A stretch of 64,000 nt of DNA from a virus. Location: positions 1-64,000 of IMG/VR virus record IMGVR_UViG_3300032893_000031; one strand, given 5' to 3'. Both the position numbers and the translations under genes were made by a program. A model generated the notes under the pieces. It was not told the DNA's origin. It made no database searches and was given only the letters and a program-made list of their open reading frames with translations. Shown here piece after piece: positions 34,672 to 45,800 of the stretch. Positions within the stretch are counted from its first letter, which is position 1. Every line of letters begins with the position of its first letter.

Positions 34672-36012
34672 TCATTCTCCATTGCCAGCAAGGACTTCCT
34701 CTGGCTCCGGCACTTCGGTATCGGTGAAATTGATGCCCGTTTCCTCAGCCTCGTTGATTTCCGCCACTAAATCGCGCACGGCATCCAGCGAGATTTCCAC
34801 CGGCTGGCCCTTGAGCATGTCCGCGACTTCCATCAGGTGGTCGGCGGCCTCCTGCACGGTGTTGCCGACGCCGTTGATGGAGCCGATGCAGGCGGTGTGG
34901 AAGTGGTTGCGCGGGAAATGCAGGACATCGCCCGCCAGCATGGCCTCGCGAGGGTTCAGCCACGGCCAGAGCTTGTCCTCCACGCGGATGGAGCGCCAAT
35001 CGCGGAAGCCATCGGCATGGTCCATCAGGCATTCGATGACAACTTTGCAGGCGGGTTCGATTTCAATGCTTTCGCCCGCACCGGCGGCGTAAAGGAGTTG
35101 CGGAAGATTGCCGTAAGCCTGTAGCTGGCAGGAGCCGGATGGGAACCCCAACCGGGTGGTGATGTCGGTAAGGACGTTTTCGGTTTTGGTCTTGCGCTGC
35201 TCGGTGCTGAGGAAATTGCTGTAGCGGTATTTGGCGAGCGTCGGCAAGAGCGGTTCGAGGACCGAAGTGATTTGCGGGTCAAGGTCGGCATACGGACGGA
35301 TGAACGAGCAGTAGGCTTGGTTCTTTTTTTCGACTCCGATGAGCGCATGGGATGGCGCTTGGCCGTTGACGATGAGGAAGTCCCCGCCATCTTCGATGTC
35401 GGTCTTGATCTCGTCCTCGACCATGAAATCAATGAGTTCCTTGAACGGCCCGAATTTCACCGCCAGCTTGTCGAGCAGCCCGTTGTCTTGCTCCCATGAC
35501 CGCCATTTTCGAGTCTCAAAATCCGCTCTCCAGCGGTCAATCTTCAAGAACTTATTCTCCAACGGAGCAAGGTGCTGCGTCAGCCGGGAGATGCCTTTGA
35601 TCGTGATGTATTCCGGCACGTCCATCCCGAGCTTGGATTGCAGTTTGCGGAAGCGGCTGCGATAGAGTTCAAGTTCCTGGCCTTCCTTGGAGCCAACAAC
35701 CCGGTGCCCGAGGGATTCGAGGTAAACCTGTGCGCCGATGTGGCCGGTGTCGGGGAAGACGAAGAGCGAGATTTCCTCGAACTTGTCTCCCCGGGCCATC
35801 CTCAACCAAAAGTCGTTGCAGCGGTGGATTCCAAGATCAGCAAAACCGTCACCCCATTGTTCCTCAACGCTCTGATGGTCCTCATCGAAGGGCGTGTGGT
35901 AGAGCACGCGGCCAAAGCCGTCGGGATTGATGGCCTGGGACAAGTGGAGGGCGAGATTGAAGAACAATCCACTGTCCACGATCAAAACCTTCTTGTCGCT
36001 CAGTTCGCTCAT
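34672..36012 (-). CDS. ATP-grasp-like enzyme (tentative)
   Basis: KKVLIVDSGLFFNLALHL (Rossmann-like pre-domain), KFLKIDRWRADFETRK and ENVLTDITTRLGFPSG (E-x-N-x-R-like). Confidence 0.35.
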   Translation of the reverse strand: MSELSDKKVLIVDSGLFFNLALHLSQAINPDGFGRVLYHTPFDEDHQSVEEQWGDGFADLGIHRCNDFWLRMARGDKFEEISLFVFPDTGHIGAQVYLESLGHRVVGSKEGQELELYRSRFRKLQSKLGMDVPEYITIKGISRLTQHLAPLENKFLKIDRWRADFETRKWRSWEQDNGLLDKLAVKFGPFKELIDFMVEDEIKTDIEDGGDFLIVNGQAPSHALIGVEKKNQAYCSFIRPYADLDPQITSVLEPLLPTLAKYRYSNFLSTEQRKTKTENVLTDITTRLGFPSGSCQLQAYGNLPQLLYAAGAGESIEIEPACKVVIECLMDHADGFRDWRSIRVEDKLWPWLNPREAMLAGDVLHFPRNHFHTACIGSINGVGNTVQEAADHLMEVADMLKGQPVEISLDAVRDLVAEINEAEETGINFTDTEVPEPEEVLAGNGE

Positions 36013-36341
36013 GCTGGTCCGTCGGTAAATCTTGGGCTGTTCCAAAGAGCAGCCGCATCCGTCGCGTTAGCAGCCTCGACCATCCGGCAACCGTATTGCC
36101 CGCACGCGATTGTCACGTCGCCGGTCACGCTGCTTCTCACGGGGTTGGCCTTCGCCCCACAACAAGGGCAGGTGCGCAAACGAATCTCCGTCGGCCACCA
36201 ATGGCCTTGCGCCTCGGCAGGGCGAGGGTCGGAGTATTCATGGACAAAATAGCGGTCGTAATCATCGGCGTAATGGCGCTGGGCGAATTCTTCTTTCAGG
36301 TCGTTAGCCGGGTTTGGATTCTGTTGGGTGATCGGGTTCAC
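36009..36341 (-). CDS. Lar-family restriction-alleviation-like zinc-ribbon protein
   Basis: CPCCGAKANPV...IACGQYGCRMVEAANATDAAALWNSPR. The start is uncertain (GTG 36341 or TTG 36356). Confidence 0.55.
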   Translation of the reverse strand: MNPITQQNPNPANDLKEEFAQRHYADDYDRYFVHEYSDPRPAEAQGHWWPTEIRLRTCPCCGAKANPVRSSVTGDVTIACGQYGCRMVEAANATDAAALWNSPRFTDGPA

Positions 36342-36726
36342 ATGATTTTTCAACCACGCGGTCGTATTCGGGCCATGATATTCCCATCGCTGCGGCCAGC
36401 AGGCGCTCGATGTTCTCGGCAAAGACGTGCTCTTTGTTGTAAGGCGCGCGCGGATCATGGCCGGGCTCCTCATCGTCGGCGTGCTTGCCGGCCGTCCGCT
36501 CAGCTTCCCACATGTGATCAAAGGCCAGAATCTCAGGCTCGGACAGCCCGCGGCGGCGTGTCAGGTGTTCCTCGATGCGTTCGTGCATCTCGATCAGGAA
36601 TTCCATGTCCTCGTTACCAAGGCTGTTGACACGAACCTGCAATGTCCCGTCCGGTTCGAGCCAGTAATCGCCGCAAGTGGTGTACCTTTGCTCGACGTAT
36701 GGAATGGTCTTTTTGACGACGTTCAT
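36304..36726 (-). CDS. Hypothetical protein
   Basis: 140-aa ORF with well-mixed composition. Confidence 0.5.
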   Translation of the reverse strand: MNVVKKTIPYVEQRYTTCGDYWLEPDGTLQVRVNSLGNEDMEFLIEMHERIEEHLTRRRGLSEPEILAFDHMWEAERTAGKHADDEEPGHDPRAPYNKEHVFAENIERLLAAAMGISWPEYDRVVEKSCEPDHPTESKPG

Positions 36727-36859
36727 TCAGGAAGGCTTTCTACCGGAGCGCGGAGCACATCGGCAAGTTGTGGGCACTGGGGCGGGTCGGCCTCTTGTGA
36801 TTCTTCCACTTGCGGCTGAGAATCGGTGTCATCTTCGGCTGGGCCTTCGGGCATAGGGC

Positions 36860-39091
36860 TTAGTTTTGGAAAGCCTGCATTCTGTTTTGGCGGCGAATCG
36901 TGCTCGCGGTACTGGCGTCCGCAAGAGCCATATTTTGTCGCGTCCTCGCAAGTTGGGTTTGCAAGTGGACCCTGGCCTTGGCCTGCTTGATCGCAATGTC
37001 CGAACGCGCTTTCGCCGCCGCCAATGCCTGATCACTCATCGCCGCCTGCGTCTTTTGCTGTTGGGCCTGCTGCTGCTTCTGCATTTTGGCCACGGTCTGC
37101 CTAAGCTTGTCGGTGAAGCTCGAAACCTTTTTGAGTTGGGCCAACAGAACCTTGAAGATTTGCTTTCGCATCGGGTCTTGGGCGAACCGGCGCAGGTGCG
37201 CCAGCACAGCCGGGCCGGCCAGTTGCAGGAACGCCAACACCTGCATGGGGTTGCCGCCCTGCTGTAGCGATTGAAGCGCCTGAGTCGCGGCTTGCAGGAT
37301 GCCCGCCGCAAACTTCACCGGGTTCTGCTCGCTGGTAATCGGCGGGGCCATTCCCTGGCGCATCATGCTGATTGCCTGAGCGAGCATCCAATCCTGCTCG
37401 TCAGCCATCTTCTTGGCCTGCTTAGACGGGTTGTAGCGTTCGACTGACGCCGCGCCAGCCGTGGCGGCGATTCGGTCGTTCAGCCAGTTATTCCTGCCTT
37501 CTTCTGGCAGGCTGGCGACATCGGGGCGCATGGCCTCCAATGCCTCACGGCGCAGGAATGGATTGCCCTCGCCAACGACGCGCACGGCGTTGACGGCTTC
37601 AATGCGACCAAAGCACTCGCGGGGGACACCTTTCTTCACGCACGCCTCCTGAAAGGCTTTGGCGCGGGCATGGGTGGAGTTCGGGTTGCACAGCCGCCGG
37701 ACGATCTCGAAATACAGGACATCAAGCTGCTGGTAATAGCGGTTGATGCCCGTGCGGTTGAGGGCGCTTTCCTTCGAGGCTTCCAGCATGACCTCCTTGG
37801 CGGTCGCCGGATTGCCCGGCATATCCATCCGGGCGGTCTGGCGGTAATTCGACAGGTTGGAGCGCATGAGTTCGCTGCTGGTGCGGAACATCGCCAGCCC
37901 GTCCTGCATCAGCCCGGCAATCGGATTCTGCACGACATCAGTCCCCGCCGGAATCTTGCCCCAGTCCCCGAAGGTGGTGAGCGTGAACTTCTCCGAGGAT
38001 GACGCCGATCCGAACTTGAAGAAAATCTTGGGCGCAAACGCCTTGTCCATCAGGTTGCACAACAGGCGATTCTCATAGACCATCGCCCCGTACATCTTCA
38101 CCCCCAGGCCGGTGACGGTGTAGTGCCAGCCGCCGTTGCCGCGGTCAAAATACATCGGATGCACGCATTCGGTGAAGGAGTTGTAACGCTCGAAGTGGAA
38201 GAACAGGTACTTGGGCTCGGCATTGGCCATGCCGTCGCGCTGGACAATCGCGTGTGTGATCTTCCCGCTGAATTCCTTCCAGAACACATGGGCCAGCGGC
38301 ACGATCTTGCTCTCGTCCACGAAATTGAGGGAATTCTGCTTGTACTGGTCCTGAAAGAATTCCCGGTCCCACGCGCGGGTGGATGGCTGCTGAATGTCCA
38401 TCGCGTTGGCGATCACCCGCTGGGTGTAATCAATATCCCAGCCTCGGCTCACGGCGGCTTCTTCATCGCGGATGAAGGCATAGACCTCAGGCGGGTAGTA
38501 ATCCACGTCAATCGAACAAACCTCCCAGCGGCGGACGGTGGCGGGCGTGCGCTCGGGAACCTTGAGATCGCCGTCGTGAAGGGAGCGTGGGAACGGGTTG
38601 TCGTTGTCCTCGAACATGAACGGCCCACGCCCGTGCAGCACCATCTCGTTCTGGCTTTGCTGCTGCTCGAAGTCCCAATCTAGGGTTGGGTCTTTGAACT
38701 GCGCCTCGGCTTCGGCGGACATGATGCGCGACCACGCATCGCGTTCCTCGGGCTTGCCGTGGCCAGTGCGGATGGACACCACGCCGGGGGCCTCGTGGGC
38801 CAGGTCGTAGTAGGCGCCAACGCCGGATTCGACGGTGCTCCGGCCAGTCCCCCAGTTGACATTGCACGCTTCGGCGCGACCGGCGGCACGCAGGGCCGAA
38901 TGGCGATAGGGCGGGTTGCCGTCGATCAGGCCGCGGACGGCTGCTCTTTTCTTGCTGCGCTCAATGTCGTTGGTGGTAAGCCGAATCACGAATTCCTGCA
39001 CATCGTTCGCCGTGGCAAACCGCGTGGCGGGGACAGACCCAGTACTCGAGATTGTGTCTAACGCGCCGGTAGGCTGATTTGGGGCACTCAT
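36860..39091 (-). CDS. Portal protein candidate
   Basis: 743 aa. Upstream of the head genes and downstream of the virion-protein genes. Q/A-rich helical C-terminal barrel-like tail. No other ORF of portal size is present. Confidence 0.6.
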   Translation of the reverse strand: MSAPNQPTGALDTISSTGSVPATRFATANDVQEFVIRLTTNDIERSKKRAAVRGLIDGNPPYRHSALRAAGRAEACNVNWGTGRSTVESGVGAYYDLAHEAPGVVSIRTGHGKPEERDAWSRIMSAEAEAQFKDPTLDWDFEQQQSQNEMVLHGRGPFMFEDNDNPFPRSLHDGDLKVPERTPATVRRWEVCSIDVDYYPPEVYAFIRDEEAAVSRGWDIDYTQRVIANAMDIQQPSTRAWDREFFQDQYKQNSLNFVDESKIVPLAHVFWKEFSGKITHAIVQRDGMANAEPKYLFFHFERYNSFTECVHPMYFDRGNGGWHYTVTGLGVKMYGAMVYENRLLCNLMDKAFAPKIFFKFGSASSSEKFTLTTFGDWGKIPAGTDVVQNPIAGLMQDGLAMFRTSSELMRSNLSNYRQTARMDMPGNPATAKEVMLEASKESALNRTGINRYYQQLDVLYFEIVRRLCNPNSTHARAKAFQEACVKKGVPRECFGRIEAVNAVRVVGEGNPFLRREALEAMRPDVASLPEEGRNNWLNDRIAATAGAASVERYNPSKQAKKMADEQDWMLAQAISMMRQGMAPPITSEQNPVKFAAGILQAATQALQSLQQGGNPMQVLAFLQLAGPAVLAHLRRFAQDPMRKQIFKVLLAQLKKVSSFTDKLRQTVAKMQKQQQAQQQKTQAAMSDQALAAAKARSDIAIKQAKARVHLQTQLARTRQNMALADASTASTIRRQNRMQAFQN

Positions 39092-39175
39092 GCTTTCAGG
39101 ATGCCATATAACTATGGCTATACGCCTTCCTTGGCTCTCTGGTCAAGGATTTCTGCTGGCGGTCCCGAAAGAGGC

Positions 39176-39493
39176 TTACGCCGGGGGCGCTGGTGCCGGA
39201 GCCGGGGCTGGCGGCGCGACGGCAGCATTCAACGCTGCGGTCTGCGCGTCCACGCCCTGCTGGAATTGCAGGACTTGCGCATCCGGGGTGGAGTTAGCGG
39301 CGGCGTTGGTGATGGCGGCAGTCGCGGCGGTGACAGCGGCTGTCAGGTTGGTGAGCGAGGTATTCAGTTGGGCGACGGGGATCATATTGCTTGCGATGTT
39401 CGATAACAGGTCGTTCTGCTGCCTCAGTAGCCCGATGATTTCGGCCAGCTCTCGCCGGACGTGATCATGGTGCTGTGAGGCGTTCACGGGCAC
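39176..39493 (-). CDS. Small coiled-coil protein with a PA-repeat tail
   Basis: 105-aa ORF with a GTG start. Confidence 0.45.
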   Translation of the reverse strand: MPVNASQHHDHVRRELAEIIGLLRQQNDLLSNIASNMIPVAQLNTSLTNLTAAVTAATAAITNAAANSTPDAQVLQFQQGVDAQTAALNAAVAPPAPAPAPAPPA

Positions 39494-39515
39494 AGCCTAA
39501 CACGCGATTGGACGC

Positions 39516-39545
39516 TTGACAAATTGCGTTAGCTTCGATTATTCT
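39516..39545 (+). promoter_or_regulatory. Sigma70-like promoter on the + strand, opposite to the surrounding late genes
   Basis: TTGACA (39516-39521), then 16-18 nt, then an ATTATT/TATTCT -10-like hexamer. Confidence 0.4.
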
Positions 39546-39575
39546 GCGCCTCGCAATGAGTTGGGATATTGGTTC

Positions 39576-39617
39576 ACCGGCTGGTCGGGCTGAGGTCCGA
39601 GCCAGCCGGTTGTTTTT
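39576..39617 (+). terminator. Terminator/attenuator-like hairpin immediately 5' of ATG 39618
   Basis: ACCGGCTGG (39576-39584) pairs perfectly with CCAGCCGGT (39602-39610), followed by TGTTTTT. Confidence 0.55.
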
Positions 39618-39821
39618 ATGATTCAGAATCTCGTCTGTTCCGTCCCACGCAAGAAAGTCCTGCCGAAAGTTCCACACGCACACGTCCAGCAACACCCGTT
39701 GCATGACAGCGCGTTTTTGCTCTACCCGATTGAGAAGCACCAGTTCGTGGTGGACCCGATGGATGATTACAGATGCAAGCGTTGCCACCGGCCAAGGTGC
39801 CTTCACCTGACGCCTGATTAA
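39618..39821 (+). CDS. Small opposite-strand ORF (67 aa, Cys/His-containing)
   Basis: By eye, third-position GC content is higher than in the competing minus-strand frame. Contains CKRCHRPRC. The 3' end overlaps the stop of the 2209-aa gene. Confidence 0.35.
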   Translation: MIQNLVCSVPRKKVLPKVPHAHVQQHPLHDSAFLLYPIEKHQFVVDPMDDYRCKRCHRPRCLHLTPD

Positions 39822-42800
39822 CGGGCGGGTGCGGCGGGCACTTGCTGGCGTAACCACGGAATTCCGGTTTCGAGCGTTTGGCCAATGGTCTCTGGCTTGC
39901 GCTTTGTCCCTTGGTCCTGCCACTCGGCGGCCTTCTGGACGGCGGCGGGGATGAGGACGGACTTCGCCTGATCTTGCAACCAGCGGGCGCGGGTATAGGG
40001 GTTGCGCAGCTTCTCGATCTCCAATTCCTCTCGGATGAACGGCACTTGTTCGACCAGTCCCCATGCGGCGGCCATCACGCCCGCAGCGAGCCCCTGCGGT
40101 TCGGTGTCCTTCTTGCGGAGATAAGATTCTGACACCCGCCGAACAGTCGCCCCAATCTGCGCGGTTTCGAGCAAGGGATTGTGCAGGAGCCAACTCGGGA
40201 CATCGTGGCCATAAACGCGGATTGATCCGGCGGGCACGTCACCTTTCTCGCGCTTCTTCCCCGGCTGATAGTAGCCGCCAACCACATTCGGATTGAAATA
40301 GCCCAGCAGGAGGACGGCTGCGCCCAGCGATCCCTTCTTCAACTCGCGCATGATGAGGTCGGCCTGTTCGGGCTTGAGATTCTCGATGCCACGTGAGTAG
40401 GCGGCCATCAGCCGCACCGGGGCGCTCGCCAACCCGCCGACGTATTGCATGGTCTCGCCCACGATGTTCAAGGGCACCCGGACAATCGGCAGGGCCACAC
40501 GGCCAGCTGTTGACCACGCCTTGCTGCCTGGGGTGGCGTGCCCAGTGGTCTTGTCAATCTTCTGCGAGAGAAAGGCCGACACCTTGGAGGCGATGAAGTT
40601 GTCTTGCAGGAAGATCGCCGCATTGGCCGCCTTGTAGGCTTCGACGGCAATCCGGGTTTTGACAAACTCATCGTTGGGGTCCAACCCCTGCTTGGCGTAG
40701 AACTCGCCCAACCTTTGGACGGCCCGCTCGAACGCCGCGCGTTTCACCGGGGCCTTGAGCATCCCGTGAATCCTTCCAGGGAGCGCCAGCATCCGGCTGC
40801 CAAATTCGTATTCTCCGGTGTAGGACTCGGCGGCCTTGCCGTAGAGCACATCTAGGTCGGTATGGCCTTTGCGGATCACATCGTAGGCGTCCTTCATGCC
40901 TTTGGTGAACGCCGCGCCGTATCCGGTCATCTCGGCTTTGAGATTCAGGCCGGCACCTTCCAGGGGCGCCTTCTCGGCCACGCCAGTTACGCCGGGTAAG
41001 CGCCGATAGGCCGTGCCGGCCAGATCCTCCAAGGGCAAGGTCGCCAGCCGTTGCAGGCCCGCCGAAATCAGCTTGGGCAGCACGACAGGCGAGGAAAGGA
41101 CACCAAAGCGACGGTATTTGGTGGCCATATCTGCCGCCTTCTCCCAATTCGTGCGATTCTTGAGCCGGTCGGCCAGCAGGGCCTCGCGGAACCGCTTCTT
41201 CACCCGCTCGGCGGCGGCCTTGAGGCGCATGGCATCGGCGTCCAGTTCGAGGGTCCGGCGTGGGCGCGGGTCGAATTCCTTGTCGGCCAGCCGTTGCTCG
41301 TAATCCTTGATGCGGTTGGCCAGCGTGGTTTTCATCGTGTCCAACGCGGACTTGAGTTGAGTCTCCGGGTCTTGGACGGGCACCTGGAACCGGAACTTCG
41401 CATCGTTCACCCGCTTGATTAGCTGGCGCTCGGCCTCGGTGGGGGTTCGGCGCTCGACGCCCGATTTGGCGGGCGGCACGCCTTTGGCCATGTCCTCCAG
41501 CTTGGCCAGTTGTTGGAGTTCACCCTTCATCCCGCGCAGGGCGACCGTGATTTGGTCCTTGGTCAGCGTTTTGTAATCGCCGTAGCCTGAGAAGGCGTCC
41601 ATGACTTCCCGGCGGGTGATGTTTGGGTCGGCCCCTTGCATGACTTCATGCAGGGCATCCACCATCGCCTCACGCTCGGTGATGCCGTTGGCGTAGAGCA
41701 GGCGGGCAAGCTGTTGAAGCATGAACGGAATCTTCTCCTTCTGCTTCCTGTCCATCTTGTCTTTGATGGCCTTGCCAACGGCTTCCTTGGCCTCGGGCAC
41801 GCTCATACCCCGGATGGCGGTCTTAACCGGCTCAGGCTTGCCGGCGGTCGCGGTGTTCAGCAATTCCTCGGCTTTGGCCCGGACTTCATCCAGGTGGGGG
41901 CGGACCCATTCGCCGACATCGGCAATCATCTTCGCCCCCCACTCGGCGGCGTCCACGATCTTGTGGGCAAGGTGGCTGGCACCAATCTCGGCCAGGTCGA
42001 GCAACACCGTGGGGTCAACCCCGGCGGTGGTGCGGCCCATGCGGGCGCGAATTCGTTCACGCGCGGCATCAGCCTTCTTGTCCAGAGTGGAGACAATCTT
42101 GCGGGCGGCCTCGAGTACCTTGGGGTGAATGTCCAACCCTTTGGCGGACTCAGCCATCGCCCGCTTCATGGCCTCCTCGCGCAGCCGGTTCTCAGATTGA
42201 GTTCGGTAATCCTCGAAAGCCTTTTGCGCCCGCTCGATCTCGCCATGCAGGCGGGCGATCTCCGCGTTCTCGCCGTCGGTTAGAGGACGGCCGCCAACCG
42301 CCGCCCGCTTGTCCAGCATCATCTTGGCCAGCGTGAAATCCTCGTAGGCCATCATCTTGCGGGCATTCAGGCCGCGCCCGGTCTCGGTGCCGACTTGCTT
42401 GCCGATGTCGTAAAGCTCCTGGAGTTTGTCCGAGAGGTTGGCCACACGGATTTTCTCCGTTTCGGCGGCTTCGGTGCGGCCTTCGTCATGGGCGAGGGCT
42501 AGATCGCGGGTGGCCTTGCCGTATTCGTTTTGGAGGTCAACTTGGCGATGGAGCAACAGCGCATCCTCGGTGTCGTTCAAGGCTCGTGGCTTGGCCTTGA
42601 GGTCTGCAATCAGCCGGTCCTGGGTGTCGGGGTCGTGATCAATCATCGCCATCGCCCGGTCCCAGACTTCGCCAAAACTGCGCTTGAGCGGTTGGATGGC
42701 TGGCGGCAAGCCGCGCGTGGCCCGCTCCTGATCAACCGTCGCGTTCTTGATGCTGGTCGGTGTGCGGGGCGATTGCTCAAATTCCTGCGGGATGGCGCCG

Positions 42801-45800
42801 CCCATGCCGGGGCCGACAGCGGCGGGTTCTGGTGGCGGGGCTTCCGTCGTTATGGATTCCTCGGGAGGATGTTGCAAGTCAACCCCAGTATCAGGTTGCG
42901 CCATGCGAACATTCCTCGCCGCCAGATCAGCCGTCTTTTCGATCTTTCGCTTGGCAATTTCCAAGACTGGCGCGTACTTCTTTTTGTCCGCATCGCTCAG
43001 TTTGGAAACCACCGCATCTAAATCGGCTTGAGTTGGGTCAGGGTTTTCGTGCAGTTCACGAACCAAAGATTCAGAATCCATCGCTTCGGATTCTGGTTCG
43101 AGTGCAGCCTTTTCCTTCGCCGCCTGTTGCTCGAAAGATTCGGCGTTCCTCTCGAATTCGGCCAGCCGTTTTTGATTCTCTTCCAGCCGCGATTGCAGGT
43201 CCGCAAGTTCCTGTTTGTGCCGCGCCGTCTTGCGCTTCACCTTCTCAATCTTGGCAATGGCATCCCGAAAGCTCTGTGCGCCCTCTCGGTAGGTGGCAGC
43301 AGAGTCCCTTGCTTTCTCGGCCTTCGTTTCCAAAACACCGGCTTTTGTCCTCGGATACAACTCGCCGATGAGAGCGTCTGCCGCCTGTATCTGCGAATTC
43401 CATTCCTCCCGGCCAGCGGAATCTCGCGGTGGTTCCTGGGATTGCAGAGCGTTTTTCTGGCGCACTGCCGTTTGATACGCGGCCTCGGGACTGCCGTAGG
43501 CTTTGACGATTTTATCCGCCTGCTCGGACAACTTGCCTTCGCCTCCTGACGGAACCGGCTTGGTGGATTGCGAAGTCGTTTTTATCCTCGCCGCCCGGTC
43601 GCGTAATTCAAGCAACTCAGGACCGCTCCGAACAACCGTAAACTCTCCGTCGTTGGGGATGCTGATGGTAGCTTTGCCTTTCCCAACAGCACCAGCGGCG
43701 GCAATCACGCGGCGGGCATCCTCAAGGCTGTCCTCCTTGCTCGAGTACCAAGCCTTGCCTCTGCCTGGACCGCCAGAAACCGTCACCTTGAATTTGCCAT
43801 CTTCTTCGACAATATCGCCGTAAGCCGTGCCCGCGACATAACGACCATCACCCCGGTCCACCAACGGAGTTTCCTTTTCAGATTCCTTGATGACAGAATC
43901 AATCTCATCTTCGAGGGCGTCAACAATCCCCTCTTTGGCTTGGCGGGCTTTCTTTGCGCCTTGTTTGGCGGCGATCTTGGAAACCGTTTCGGCGGCCTTC
44001 GCGGCGGCAGCGGGACTGGAGCTTTCAACGGCGGGCTTGGCCGTCGGAGCCTCCGACGGCTGCGCGATGGTCTTGGTTGGGGGGGCGGGTTGTGGCTTTG
44101 AACTTAGTTCGCCTTCTGGCAAATCAATGCCTTGTCGCGCAAGGAAGGCGTTGACCTTTGAGCCGATGTTTTTGAAAAACTCAACCTTGTCGCCCTGCGA
44201 ACTGGACTCCCTCGTCGTGTATCGGTCCAGATATTTCGCAATGTCCGACTTGGTTTTGCCAAGCTCTTTGAGGCGTCGAGCCGCGATGACCGCGCTAATG
44301 AACCTGTCGCTATTCGGTTTTTCTTCAACTCCACGTTCAACCGCTGACACAAGCGCAGAGGCAAGCAGGTCGGGATCGGTTTCCTCGGCAATTTCCGCTG
44401 GATTGAGCCGCCGGTCGGTCTCCCATGATTTCCAGGGTCCGGCGCGTTGGTTGAATGGCCCATCGAAGAACGCTTCTAGCCTCTTGCGCTGATTGGGGCT
44501 GAGGGTTTTTTCAAAGCGAGTTGTCTCGCCTTCCCGCATCAAAAGCTCTTGAAGCCTCTTGGCCTGCTCTGCGGTGATGCCGATTTGCTCTTGGTAAAGC
44601 TGGCGCTCTTCCTCAAGGCGCTTCTTTCGGAACTTGAGAATATCAGCAATCGAATTGAACGACTCGGGTTCAGGTGCTTGGACGATATTGGTTTTTGGAG
44701 CAGCCTCCGCACCCTTTGCCCCCTTCGCCTTCTCGGGTTCGGTGGGTGGTGCCGGTTCGGCGCTGGCGGGTGCCGTGGGTGCAGGCTTCTCAGCAGGCTT
44801 CTCCACCTTCTCCAACTCGTAATCCACCGGCAAGAGCTTGCTCGAAATCAAATCCTCGCTGTGCAGGCGGCGGTCCTTGTCGAAGGGCTTACCAGTCTCC
44901 TTCTCGTAGATCGCCTTGGCTTGTTCGCTGTCGGCGGGGATGAAGGTGTTATCCGGCAGCAGGTAGCCGCGCAGATGCTCGTTGTCATCAGGGATGGACT
45001 CGCCCTTGCCGCGAGCCTCACCGATGGCCTCGGAGTGCGTGCGTCCGGTGTAATAGCCGCCCGGCGCATTGATGGCGGGGCGCAGCGGCGGGACAGCCGC
45101 TACATCCGGTTTCGCGGGTGCTTCGGGTTCGGGTGCTTTCGCGCCCCCTTCACGCCCTCTTTCATCATCTTTCGTGACTGCGCCTTCGACGGGCACTTCC
45201 CGTGCGCCTTCTCCGGGTGCGTTGCGCACAGGGCGAAGAAGTTGTGGGCTTTCTGGCTGTACGGCATTTGGACCTTTCTCTGGTTGCGGCTTGGGTGCAA
45301 TCGCTTGTTCCGCCAACGCGGCGGCGGTCGCGGGCGCCCCGGCCTGTTTGGTTTGTTGAACGGCGGCGGCCACGCCCGAGGGCATCATCTGGCCGATAAC
45401 TTGGCGGTCAATGTGCTTCTCGATCTCGTCGAGATACACGGGGTTGCGGACCATCTGGTGCATGGCCTCGGCAGCCCGCTGCAAATCGGTTTGGCTGGCC
45501 TGAGTGTGGCTTTGGACTTTGGAGAGCAAGCCCGGAGCTTCCATCAGCAGCCACGCGCTGTTGGCCGTCACGTTCTCCACCAGCATCTTCTTGCGCTCGT
45601 CGGGTGCGGCGGCGATGTACTTGGGCAGGTCCACGCCCGCCATGAAAAGCTGCATCCCGCCCTGAGAAGCCAATGCCTCGACGGACTTCTGCACGATTGG
45701 TCGGCTGGCCGATGTGATGCCACGGTCAATGGCCTCGACCAAGAGCTTGCTCGCGCCCGCCTTGGCTATCGCGCCGGATTCTGGGATGGCTGCGCCAATG

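Noticed and set aside
39465-39817. Minus-strand reading frame across the 39494-39817 gap (part of track ORF 39465-40193)
   Set aside because: It has lower third-position GC content than the + strand ORF, no ATG near the upstream stop, and an Arg-rich second half that simply translates the hairpin. It remains a possible alternative to the + strand small ORF.
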